This document shows positions 25,690 through 37,750 of a stretch of DNA of 64,000 nucleotides, in pieces. The position numbers and the translations under genes were made by a program. The notes below the pieces were generated by a model, which was given only the letters and a program-made list of their open reading frames with translations, ran no database searches and was not told where the DNA came from. Position 1 is the stretch's first letter, and the number at the start of each line of letters is the position of its first letter. This DNA is from Octopus sinensis (taxonomy: Eukaryota). The stretch lies in contig NC_043004.1 in NCBI RefSeq assembly GCF_006345805.1, positions 20,212,001 to 20,276,000 of the forward strand, given 5' to 3'.

Positions 25690-25898
25690 TCGCCATGTTG
25701 ATTCGCTAGCTTCTGCACGCATTTTTTTCTCTCCTTCTTTCTTTCCGTGTTTCTTTTCTATGTATCTTTCTGTTGAAGAGCGTAGGCTCGAAACGTAAAA
25801 GACTTGTTTTATTTATATTCCTGAGCGCCATACTAATACAATTGTTTGTTTGTATTCCACCTGCCTTCGTATTTTGTTTATTTTCATAAAGCTTCCCG

Positions 25899-25900
<2 letters not shown>
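25690..25900 (+). mobile_element. Family H1 short repeat with the best-preserved A6U hammerhead-like motif (25765-25802)
   Basis: TCTTT CTGTTGA A GAG CGTAGG CTC GAAA C GT A AAAGA; 3' end abuts (TA)n; preceded by a SINE head fragment (about 25633-25675). Confidence 0.8.
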
Positions 25901-25941
<41 letters not shown>

Positions 25942-25950
25942 ATATATATA

Positions 25951-26317
25951 TCTATATATAAACGGCAGTTTGTCTGTGCGTGTTTCTGCGTGTCTGTTTG
26001 CTTGTACCCTCACCCTGACCACGGCTTTCAACCGATTCTGATGAAACTTGACACACACATAGCCCAATGTCATAATTCAAAACTAACGCAGCGAAAATTT
26101 TGAAAAGTTCCCCCAGTTCTGAAAAAAATCGATAAAATCGACATGGGGTCGAGAATCAGAAACAAACCACAGACTGTCTAGGGGACGCAACTCAACCTTT
26201 TTTAACTAAAAAAAAAATTTACCATAATTTTTTGGCTATTTTTTGGCTATAACTCTCTAAAAATGCTTTATAGTTATTTCCCTTACAAACCTGAGCAACG
26301 CCGGGTGATACTGCTAG
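25951..26317 (+). mobile_element. Non-autonomous Helitron
   Basis: 5' TC after A at 25950; 3' hairpin CCTGAGCAACGCCGGG followed by CTAG ending at 26317, then T (A|T insertion site). Confidence 0.88.
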
Positions 26318-26639
26318 TATATATATATATATATATATATATACATCGGGGCAAAACGAATATCGCTCTATTTTCTCACCTGTTTCGTCTTCCTTCAGCT
26401 TGTCAATGTCGTGCACTCGAATGCCTTTAGCTTTAAGCTAAATCCATAGTTCGAGAAATTGTAAATAAGACGTTCTTGGCTATCACAGACGCTTACAATA
26501 TAATCAATGGAAAGAGCATGAAATTAAAATCGCACAACATGTCTATAAGAATATTTTCTGAGACAATGTCACAGCAACAAACCCTCAAAATGTGGACACA
26601 TTTGGCATGGTGTACACATATTAAATATGTGTAATGTCG

Positions 26640-27037
26640 ATATGGTTAAGAAGCTTGATTACCAGCCATGTTGTTTCAAGCTCACTTCCACAGAAAGTCT
26701 TCTATTATAGCTGCAGGCCAATCAAAACCGCGTGAGTAGGAGAGCTAGATGGAAAACTGAAATCATCATGAATATATGTATATGTGTATTTATGTGTGTA
26801 CGTCCGTGTGGGTTGGTGGGTGTGTATGTATGTGTGAGCGGTGTGTTTGTTCTCCCCCACTTGACAACCGGTAGTGGTTTGTTCATTTCCCCGTCACGTT
26901 GCATTTCGACAAAAGAGGCGTATAAAGTAAGTACCACTCTTCAAAAATAAGTACTAGGGATTGTGAGCTCGGTTAAACATTTCTAGGTGGTGGCCCAGTA
27001 TGGTCGCAGTCCAATGACCGAAACAATTAAAAGATAA
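26640..27037 (+). mobile_element. SINE family S1, diverged copy
   Basis: Colinear with 31683-32116, including the internal microsatellite and 3' GACCGAAACAATTAAAAGA. Confidence 0.75.
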
Positions 27038-27584
27038 CAGATAAATGATAAATGCAAAGCTCGGGATTTATTCCGCTACAACTCACTTTCTTGCTGGACA
27101 AATTCGTTTTTGGTTACATGCATTATTATTTTGTAGAGCCGTAGGTTTTGAATAACAAAATCCACACAAATGAGAGCCTATCTATATATGTGTATGCATT
27201 GTAAATATAACTATTTAATATAATGTCAACACTAAGTACATGTAGCATTTATCTTCGACGTATGCTATCAGTTGTGTCAATTATAGGTTGTTCTACATCA
27301 CATGTCACATGTGATTTTACATGTTTTAATGCCATGATGCATTTCTCACACTAAATGTTAGATGTTGATTAATTTTTCATTTCCGATTGAAATAGAAATA
27401 TGGCTTACCGTTCATAACTTTAACTTGTATTCGCTGTAATTTCCTGGACTTATATTTTTCCATTTAAACTACAGGAATATGTTTAATTTTTTTTTATATT
27501 TCTTCCAGTCGATAATATGGTAGAATATTCGGTATTTCCGATCACAACTTGCAATGTATAGCTAAGCACCAAGTATTTTCAATT

Positions 27585-27586
<2 letters not shown>

Positions 27587-27651
<65 letters not shown>

Positions 27652-27657
27652 TCAATA

Positions 27658-27705
<48 letters not shown>

Positions 27706-27757
27706 TCGTTTATTTTACACCAGTGTCACTTTGATGTCATGCACTGCTCTCTCACTC

Positions 27758-27856
<99 letters not shown>
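27587..27856. repeat. (AAT)n - (ATT)n - 3' end fragment of the 554-bp element (27705-27757) - (AAT)n(GAT)n
   Basis: Directly visible; CAGTGTCACTTTGATGTCATGCACTGCTCTCTCACTC matches the end of 2035-2588. Confidence 0.9.
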
Positions 27857-28068
27857 AACAGTACCAAGCAGCGGCGCTCATGGCTTTTGATCTTAAATGA
27901 TTGGAAGTGTTATCATGTGCATTGTTTTGTCTTGATATAAAAGATGAGCTACAACAAATATTTTGCTCATTGCTATAGATTTGCTTGTTAGTTGCTTGAC
28001 AACAACTAGCTGTGTATGTCCCTTAGTGGCTGATGATATATGCATCTATGATCATGAGCAGAAGAAGT
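27857..28068 (+). mobile_element. 5' part (about 210 bp) of the 554-bp element family, diverged
   Basis: Aligns to about 2043-2250 (GCTCATGG..GATCTTAA.TGATTGGAAGTGTTATCATGT..., CCCTTAGTGGCTG). Confidence 0.82.
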
Positions 28069-28295
28069 CGCAAATGATGAAAACTTTATTATGAGAAATA
28101 TAGAAAAAAAAGTGCAAAGTACCAGGAGCTAGCTATTGAATTACAGAGACGACAGAAAGTGAGGGTAAATTGTATCATAATAGTAATAGGTGCATTGGGA
28201 ACTATCCCTAATGAACAGATGGATTGAAGAAATAGGCATGAAACCCAGTTTAGTACAGCTCCAGAAAACAGTGTTATTAAGGACAACTTGGATTT
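28069..28295 (+). mobile_element. R4/Dong-like RLE C-terminal fragment
   Basis: AKYQELAIELQR...IVIGALGTIP...LVQLQKTVLL; an (AAT)n tract follows at about 28335-28527. Confidence 0.82.
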
Positions 28296-28371
28296 TTTTC
28301 TTTTCCAACAGTCAAATCTGCGTGTATATGAACATAATAATAATAATATAATAATAATAATAATAATAATA

Positions 28372-28404
<33 letters not shown>

Positions 28405-28412
28405 TAATAATG

Positions 28413-28448
<36 letters not shown>

Positions 28449-28468
28449 TAATAATAATAATAATAATA

Positions 28469-28527
<59 letters not shown>

Positions 28528-28529
28528 GA

Positions 28530-28625
28530 TTTAAAGGTGCTACCTTTTTTACTTCCAAAACATGAAGAAACAAATGAACCCAAAAATTATAGACCCACGA
28601 CCAGTTTAACAACAATGCAGTACAA
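28530..28625 (+). mobile_element. R4/Dong-like RT domain-1 fragment
   Basis: FLLPKHEETNEPKNYRPTTSLTT. Confidence 0.7.
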
Positions 28626-28629
28626 CCTG

Positions 28630-29690
28630 TAGTTTTTTAATACAATGTGGCATCTTCCCTAATGAGCAAAATGGGTTTAAACGTGAGTCCTGAGCTTCTC
28701 AACCATTGCTGTGACTTTTCTCTGTCTATTTCTTTTGCATTTAGTTTAGCCCAGTATTTGCCACAAAGGGACTTTTCTTGTTATCGTTTTATCAACGTCC
28801 GTTGCAGTCCTAGTTTTAGTTTGGATTTCACTTGTTATATAGCCTTTGTTGTTTCTTCTTCTTCTTCTTCTTCTTCTTCTTCTTCTTCACATTTGATAGG
28901 TAGTATCACTTGTTTGTATTTGTCAGCTTCCTTAAATACTGAAAACAGTTTTTTTTTTGTTCGTGTTTTGTGGCTGATTGTATTAGTTTTCCAGCTATAT
29001 AAGGCCTCTACCAACTTCTATACGTTGTATATATAGCCTTTCTATGCCAGATTTTGTGTGGTGCATCCTAGAGCCTGTCATTATTTTTCTTGTTTTCCTG
29101 TCTATTTTGGTTAGTTCATTTAGTGTCCAGTTAAGGATATTTTAACTGTAATTTATAACTAGGAAGGTTAAAGTGTTAATACCTGTTTTTAGCATTGAGC
29201 TCTGTTTTCAGTATTAATCTAAATCGTCTATAGTATTCTTTCTTTATTTTCTCTTTCATTTGTGTGTGTTGTATCGTATCTAGCTCATTGATTCCTAAAT
29301 ATTTGTATGTCTGGCATTAGTCTAATTCTTTTATTTCATTGGCTTTATCTATTGTGATGTTGCTACTCTTAACTAGTTTTCCTCTTTTCAAGGTTGCTTT
29401 GGCACATTTTTCTAAGCCACATTTCATATTTCTTTGGTAAATTCATGTACTGTATGTAATAGTGTTTCTAGCTGTTTATCATTTCTAGCGTATAATTTTA
29501 GTTCATCCATGTATAAGAGGTGGCTGATTGTTTTGCCGTAACATTTGTATCCGCATCCAGTTATATGATATCACGTGTCAGTGCCAAGCAGAAAAGGAGT
29601 GGAGAGACCGTGTCTCCCTGGAATATTCCTTTTCTAATGGGGATGGCTTTGGTTTTCATGAGTCCCTCTTTTGTTTGGAGCTATAGCACT
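28630..29690 (-). mobile_element. R4/Dong-like RT fragment
   Basis: Minus strand GIFQGDTVSPLLFCLAL, LYMDELKLYARND, CGLEKCAK and SQQWLRSSGL; interrupted by (TTC)n at about 28852-28887. Confidence 0.88.
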
Positions 29691-30041
29691 GTCTAACATT
29701 TATGTATGTATGTGTGTATATTGCGTGTACGTGTATATTTATACGTATGTGTATGCCTTTAACATATAACTTGGCAATAAACCAACCTCTGGCTGTTAAA
29801 CACTTGTTTGAGACCTATATCTCCAACTAAATCTCTGCTTCCGGTTCTATCATTGTCCCTATTGTTGTTATTACTGTTTTTTTTTTCTTTCTCGGTTGTA
29901 TCTGCTTGGATTTGAGATATGCGTCTTCGGTTATATATCGTCGGTTTTCTTTTGTCTCCTAAAATATAGAGCGACTGGCGAGGTTATTGGTAATTTGCAT
30001 AACCGTAATAGATATAAGATATATATATATATATATATATA

Positions 30042-30340
30042 TGGAAAAACAAGTCAAGATAGAAAATGCTAAAATAATTTTATAAAGAACATTTCAGTAC
30101 CGGTTTTAGTCATTGAGACTTTTTCAACCGTAACAATTAAATAATTAAATTTAGAAAATTAAAAGAAAAGTTTTTTTAAAGGATATTTGTATACTGTTCA
30201 AATACAGTGGCATTTTCCTTGTTTCTGCCTGTCTCTGTCTCTCTTGTTTACTCTTGTGAGTTTGAGCCTTTAACATCTGTCATTGTATTATCGTGGAACA
30301 CTGAAGACGTTTTTTCCAGATTGTTACGCAATTATGACAG
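30042..30340 (-). mobile_element. TA-anchored short repeat with a U3:A8 hammerhead-like motif (family H4)
   Basis: Minus strand CGG TTGAAAA AGTC TCAAT GACT AAAA CCGG T A CTG at 30130-30095; 3' end abuts (TA)n. The 5' boundary is uncertain. Confidence 0.6.
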
Positions 30341-30403
30341 TAATTTAACGAAACACGTATGTTCAATAAAGTTTTGAATACAATACTTTATATCTGTATG
30401 GTA

Positions 30404-30437
<34 letters not shown>

Positions 30438-30497
30438 GACACATGCACACACATACACACACGCGCACATACACACACACTAACATATATATATATT

Positions 30498-30845
30498 CTC
30501 TTATGTTTATACTGGTTTCATTCATTCGAATGTGGCCATGCTGGGGCACCACCTTAAGGGGGTTTAGGCAAAGAAATCGACCCTAGTACTTGATCGTTGT
30601 AGGTTTTCTACTTATTCTATCGCCTTCTTATGCTGAACCGCTAAGTTACATTGACGTTAACACACCGACATCAGATGTCAAATGATGATGGGGTGGTCAC
30701 ACAATCACACACACACACACTATTACATACACACACACATATATATATATGTGTGTGTGTGGTCCATAGTAGAAGACATAGTAGACGACACTTACCCAAG
30801 GCACCACACAGTGAGGCATAAACCGGAACCGGCTACGCCTGCGCC
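30498..30845 (-). mobile_element. SINE family S1, internally deleted
   Basis: Homology to 31683-32116. Confidence 0.82.
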
Positions 30846-31114
30846 TACGTGTGTGTGTGTGTGTGTGTGCGCGCGCGCGTGTGTGTATTCATGTCGTATA
30901 TTATACTTAGGAGCAACTCGGTTTTATACGTTTTCAATGGGTCAAATTTGTAACATTCAGCGTGACACGGGTTGCAGAGACTATTGTGTAATATGCATTA
31001 CATACTTACTAGGCAGGACTATATTGATGTTATCCATGCCTATATACATGATGTTTGATTCATCACCGGCATTATATGTATGTATGCATGTATATGTATA
31101 TATATATATATATA

Positions 31115-31361
31115 TCACGTGATCACTTGGCCGACCAGGTCACGTCGCTTGTCACAATGCGCTTTTGCAGTGATTTAGCTTTCAAATGACGCCACACAAC
31201 TGGCTATTTTAGTAGGCCAACATACCCCATTAACAGAAGGACTGGAGCAACGTGAAATGAAGTGTTTTGCTCAAGAGCACACGTGCCGCCCAATCACAGA
31301 ATCGAACTCACGATCTACCGATCGTGAGTGCACGAGCCTGACAACTAGGTCACGAGCCTTC
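31115..31361 (-). mobile_element. tRNA-derived SINE (head 2 plus tail A)
   Basis: Minus strand GACCTAGTTG A-box-like and GAGTTCGATTC B box, then CTTGAGCAAAACACTTCATTTCACGTTGCTCCAGTCC and the tail shared with 15940-16046. Confidence 0.85.
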
Positions 31362-31682
31362 ATATGTATATATATATATAATATATATATATATATATAA
31401 TGTACTGTTCAGTGATATGGTAAGATCAACACGAAACGTTTTCCATCTGGTGAGAGGTAAATGTTATTTTATAGACACAGTACATGTTTTAATATGCAAC
31501 TAATAGTTTCATATGTTGAGGAATACTTCAAGCATTCATAAAGTGGAAACCACATATCATAACGAACTAAAAATTTATAAAGAATTTATAGAGCTGTACC
31601 TATTGGTGTATATGTATGTGTGTATGCGTTTGTATATGTTTACGTGATTATATATGTGTGTGTATATTGTGTATACATACAT

Positions 31683-31838
31683 GTGTGGTAAGTAGCTTGC
31701 TTACCAACCAGGTTGTTCCGGGTTCAGTGCCACTGCGTGGCATCTTGGGCAAGTGTCATCTGCTATAGCTCCGGGCCGACCAATGCCTTGTGAGTGGATT
31801 TGGTAGACGGAAACTGAAAGAATCCCGTCGTATATATG

Positions 31839-31896
<58 letters not shown>

Positions 31897-32115
31897 TGTG
31901 TTTGTGTGCCTGTGTTTGTCCCCCTAGCATTGCTTGACAAACGATGCTGGTATGTTTACGTCTCCGTCAATTAGCGATTCGGCAAAAAAGAGACCGATAG
32001 AATAAGTACTGGGCTTACAAAGAATAAGTCCCGGGGTCGATTTGCTCGACTAAAGGCGGTGCTCCAGCATGGCCGCAGTCAAATGACTGAAACAAGTAAA
32101 AGATAAAAGTAAAAG

Positions 32116-32116
<1 letters not shown>
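31683..32116 (+). mobile_element. SINE family S1, near full length
   Basis: tRNA-like head with GGTTCCGGGTTC, internal (TA)(TG) tract and tail AGTAAAAGATAAAAGTAAAAGA then (TA)n; at least 7 related copies in the window. Confidence 0.92.
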
Positions 32117-32207
<91 letters not shown>

Positions 32208-35200
32208 CGTGTTTATCATGCCATTAACTGTACCATGAGAGCAGGTATATGTGCTCTATTGTTTAACTTTGCATGACTGTACTTATATATTCATGTTTTT
32301 TTTTGTTTATTTTAATGCTTTGGACTGGAAACTTACCAAAATGTAGTATATGCAGAGGAGAATTCTAATAAATGTTTTATCAACTTATTCCCCTCCTAAT
32401 TCAAACAGGAAGCTTTGATAGATGGGTAATTGATGGATAGATGTTTGGTTATGTCGATGCTTATTTCTGACAATGTAAATGTTACTGAGCAAAAAAATTG
32501 TTTTATTACTCAAAGATAATCAGAGCTGCATAGCAGTAAGTATACGGCTAACAATTTATATATAATGTCGATTATATAATGTTGGCGCAGATTTAGTGAT
32601 AATCACTTGACGAATAGATAAAGAAAGACTTTAATTCAAAAATGATTATCTCTACAATTTGATAATGGATTGCTTTAAAATAGTTCAACGATTTGAAGTC
32701 AGTTTATTTTGTCCTTTAACCCACTGAAAATTGCGTAAACCTTATCAACCAAAAGCCATGCGTTCATTTGCTAACGAGTTTGTAGGATGTATGGGAAAAT
32801 GGGGTAGCCAAATATACCGCAAGTATATTCGTCTGAAGACGACCTAAAGAGAATTTCTAACCATATATGTAGAAGTTTTATTTTGACAGACACGAATTTA
32901 AAATAAACTACATTTGCACGTTGGCAACAAAAATATATAACCACGCTTATGTACTGTAGTGATGATATAGGATTTCAAATACATGTTCACAATATAAAGC
33001 CTATCATGCTGAAACCATAATTAAATGAATCTGAGGTCACATTGCTAAAGTACACATTAAAACTTATCCGCGAAAGTTACATAACCACGGGAGAAAGGAA
33101 TTTTAAACAAAAGATGTATAGTCATACACCATCCATAGAAAAGTCGTCTAAAGGCCCAAACACTAGAAAAGTTATATTAAAAGGTATATCTTTTTTCGAA
33201 CATCATATGCGAAATAACAGATCTCCACTAAGTGTCGTTCGTCTGAACGAAAACGAAAGGATTTTGTATAGATATTTTTTGAAATATTTTTCATATCTCA
33301 GGAGAATTTTCAGATATAGAACTTCTTAATAATTGATTCCCTAGTAGCCTGTCATGTATTTATTTTGACATCAAAAATACACTACTCTACATGTTTTTCA
33401 TTTAATATTAAATCATTTCCATTTATTATATCCAAAGCTGGAGTACGAAGTGTGTAGCGGCATACATTTCTATATGTGAAAATACATTGTAGATGGATAT
33501 TGTAGAAATGTTACCAAGTAGGATAAGTTAGCATACAGTGAGAAAACGACAAATATCTCCTCGCAAGAATGCCTTATTGTCTTTGTGAATAGATTATATA
33601 TATTTATATTTATGCGTATGTGTCTTTATTTGTCTCTAATACTGTCTAGTACTTTACTTCGTTCAGTCGTATTTCATTGGTTATTACTTCCTTGAATAAT
33701 AGACCCTCTCAGCTTTTAGATTAATATGGATTACGGTTTGTGAAATATGCTAGCTGGAATAAAACCATTGCTTTTCAGTTCCATATTCTGTAATATTATT
33801 ATGAATTCTATAAGTACAAATTCGCATATAATAGACGAATCAGTAGCTCAGCAAATATTTGACTTTATTGAAATAAGCACTAGAATTTGGAAAACCATAA
33901 AAACATTAGAAAAGAGATAAGAATGTGGTAAAATGACAATAACATTGATATAAGAAGTATTGAATAAACGAGAAGCTATCCTGAAATACTTGACTTCAAT
34001 AGTCAAATAAAACAAGGTAGCGTTGAGGATTTGAAGGAATAAAGAGATGAATAGAAGTAACTTAAAGTACTGAAGTGTTTTCATTTTGCAGTTTCATTTA
34101 AATCCGCATTTATACATAAGTATGTGCTTATCTGTGTGTATTCACAACACGCGCGGGCGTACACACACACGATCGTTTGATCACACATTCTCATATATAT
34201 ATATGTATACGTATTCTGTCGTCAACATGGACTTACGCGAGTTGTCCTGCTTATTTCAATTGCTTTCATTTCGTCTTCCTCGAACATAACCACTTAGGTC
34301 AGCAGATTTAACCGAAACATTCGTTGAGAAGATGAAGTAGGCGGGTATTATTCAATCCTGGTCTCACACCTTTGGCATAGATAACTCTCTGAAAACTTAG
34401 ATAGTATCATTTTCAATGGGTCATTGAATAGTAGTGTATAGTTTAAACGCTATTCCTAAATACTTCAGAGTAGCTGGTTTGATTTCGTTTCAGAGTGTGA
34501 TATTATAAAGCCATTGCTGCAAAATACTTATCTGTAGCTCTCACAGTCACTTCAGGGGTGATTTCGTTTCACTTAACTACGAAGGATATTCTCCTTTTAG
34601 GATAGTACCACAGCTTCTACATTAAATATGTTGTATTGATCCAGCTTTTAATATTGAGCTGCTTCTACTGCATAATTAAAATTTTATACATAGTAATATA
34701 AATATTTTCGTGTCTTTTGGTTTCATTTAAAAGAAATCGGAGTTTTATCTACAAATTTGCATGTTGCTGTAGTTGTACAGTTCAGTTCTCACAGAGAAAA
34801 CTTGCGCTCAAAGGTTATCAATTCGTGACCATCCCTTCTTTTGTTGAGGCACTGGCTATGAACTACTATGTTCTCCAATATTTTCCTTATGCGCTAGGAC
34901 TGTGGTTAGAATGATATACTATACTCTTTATCGATCTAGAACCTTTGTCGATCGCACAAAGTTTTCTTTATTCCTCGTGTTAGTGACAATGACTACGTTC
35001 AAATCCAACATTCAGAAAATCTTCTACTCTTCTATTGCTGTCGATTTTATCTTCTTTCCTCATCAGTATCCTGAAAGTGGAATTGTATCTAACAAATACA
35101 ATTACTGACATCAAAGTGAAATAAGTCTTTGGAGAAGCTGGATGAATCTTCATATATAAAATTATGAAGTTTCATAAGAGAGATTAAAGTGAGAGAACGA

Positions 35201-35329
35201 AAGAAATACGATGAAAGAACGTTGCATATGAAAGGGAGAATACAATCACTACCACATAATTTTCTATATCTTCAGAATATTTCATATATAAAGAATTTCT
35301 TAACGGGTTTCTTGTGATTTATCTTTTCT

Positions 35330-35736
35330 CTTTTATCTTTTACTTGTTTCCGGCATTAGACTGCGGCCATGCTAGGGCACCACCTTGAATTTTAGTCGAA
35401 CTAATCGACCCCAGTACTTTTTTGTACAACCTGATACTTATTCTATTGGTTTCTGTTTTTTTAAACACACCAATATCGGTTGTTAAACGTTGGTGGGAGG
35501 CCATATACATACGGCAAAACAAACGCCCCACACACAGACACAGAGAAACGGATGCACACACACACACACACTTATATACGACGGGTTTCTTTCAGTTTCC
35601 GTCTACCAGATCCTCTCACAAGGTTTTGGACGACTCTAGTCTGTGGTAGAAGAGACCTGTCCAACGTACCACGGAGTGGGGCTGAAACTGAAACCATGTG
35701 GTTCGGAAGCAAACTTTTTACTACGCAGCCACACCT
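35330..35736 (-). mobile_element. SINE family S1
   Basis: Homology to 31683-32116. Confidence 0.85.
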
Positions 35737-35783
35737 GGTTTGAATGCCTAGATGAAAACAAGGAGAGTAATAAAGCCAGACAC

Positions 35784-35854
<71 letters not shown>

Positions 35855-37417
35855 GTCTGTCTGTCTGTCCATATGTCTGTCTGTATCCTTCTCACACACA
35901 CAAATGCGTGGGTGTGTATGTGTGTGTGTATGTATGTATGTGTGTGTGTGTGTGTCTGTGTGTGTCAGTGTGTGTGTGTGTGTGTCTTCATCTATCTACC
36001 TATTTCTTAATTTTTACAAGGAATACTTTAACGAAAACTTCACAGTTTCGCCTTCTAGCTGCCAACAAACTTTGGTTTAGTTTGAATTTCAAGCTTATAT
36101 GTAGTCTTTTGGCAGGAAGTTCTTTCATGAACAGAGCAATGTTAAAGAAAACTAGGTGTGATATAAATTTTATTACAGACAAAAAAGTGAATGTAAAAGG
36201 AGAATGAGGACGGAAACAAGGAAAGTATATGCTTGTGAGATGTGGTTGAAAAGGAAGTGATGGTAGAAACAGTTATTCTGATTTTGTAAAGGAAGTTTCT
36301 AATTGTTTGGGTTCTCTCACGTATATATGTAAAACACTTTTAAATGTAAACATACAGAGATGCTCATGCGGGGGATGTGTCATATTCAGGTTAAAATTTC
36401 TGTTGGTTGAAGATATTTCATCATTAACTAACATTCATTATTAGATATTATGATTTTTAGTGTTCATATAAAAATGTCTTAGGAAATCGCGGCTCAATTT
36501 GTAACGGGAAATAGACCAGAGAAGGTATATATTCAGTGTTGATGTTAGAAGCCTTATCTAAAAAATTTGAACTGGGTGTTTATAAAAAGATGCGCCGTTG
36601 CTTTTGGTTTTATTACTTTAGATTATTTATGGTTGTGTCCTACACTTTCTAACCGTGCTGTTTATATGCATACATGTAAACGCTCATTGATAACTAAATG
36701 TACATCCTTCCATAAACATATGAGCTGTGGTTATCTTTAATATTTTAATATGGATTTGGTGGAATTAAAGCTGGAAATTTTAAACAGACATCTACATGTT
36801 AGCCAGTTGTTTTTCAGTCTTCCTAATGGAGTATCAATAACCAGCGATAGATACCGATTTTGTTGACATCTACTTAATTCTCAGTGCAATCGTATGTGCG
36901 CGTGCGTTTGTATGAGCGAGTGCACGTGCACCAGACTAACTGTGTGGGCATTTGTACAGCCATATCTACTAACGATATATTTAATATATTTTCCGCTTTA
37001 TTGTGTATTTAATTTTTTCTTTTGTATCTGATGTTTATTTAGGTTCTTCTATAAGTACTAACCTGTATACCTTAATTTGCCATTTATATATACGAAAACC
37101 TAGAAGAAATCTTGCAAAACAGGGTTCATTTTGACGAGATACCGCTTGAAATCACATGAAGAAAACATCTACACCGAAGGATATACCTTAGACAAATGTT
37201 CAGCATCCCACTCGCGAGCGATCAATGCTAGGTGGGTGGAAATAATTGTTGTAGTGATCAAATAAATATTTTCGTGTCTTCCACCTTCGATATTCTGTGT
37301 TCCATCTGAGTTATTAGCAAAATTCTCAGCGAACACTGAGACAGTGAACGTATTTTACCGGCAAACTACCTGGTGTATACCATACAATTTATTATCTAAT
37401 AATATATACATACATAT

Positions 37418-37526
<109 letters not shown>

Positions 37527-37693
37527 GTATACATACATATATGTTTGTTTGTGTGTGAGTGTATGTATGTATGTGTATATATATGTATATATATATATAT
37601 ATAAATACATCTATCAATATATCTACCTATCTATCTACCTATCTCTCTCTATCTATCTATCTATCTATCTATCTATATATCTGTCTATATATC

Positions 37694-37750
<57 letters not shown>

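Noticed and set aside
33042-33329. 95-aa ORF with YITTGERNFKQKMYSH, faintly GIY-YIG-like
   Set aside because: No upstream GIY-type motif or downstream CxLC motif was found; too weak to call.
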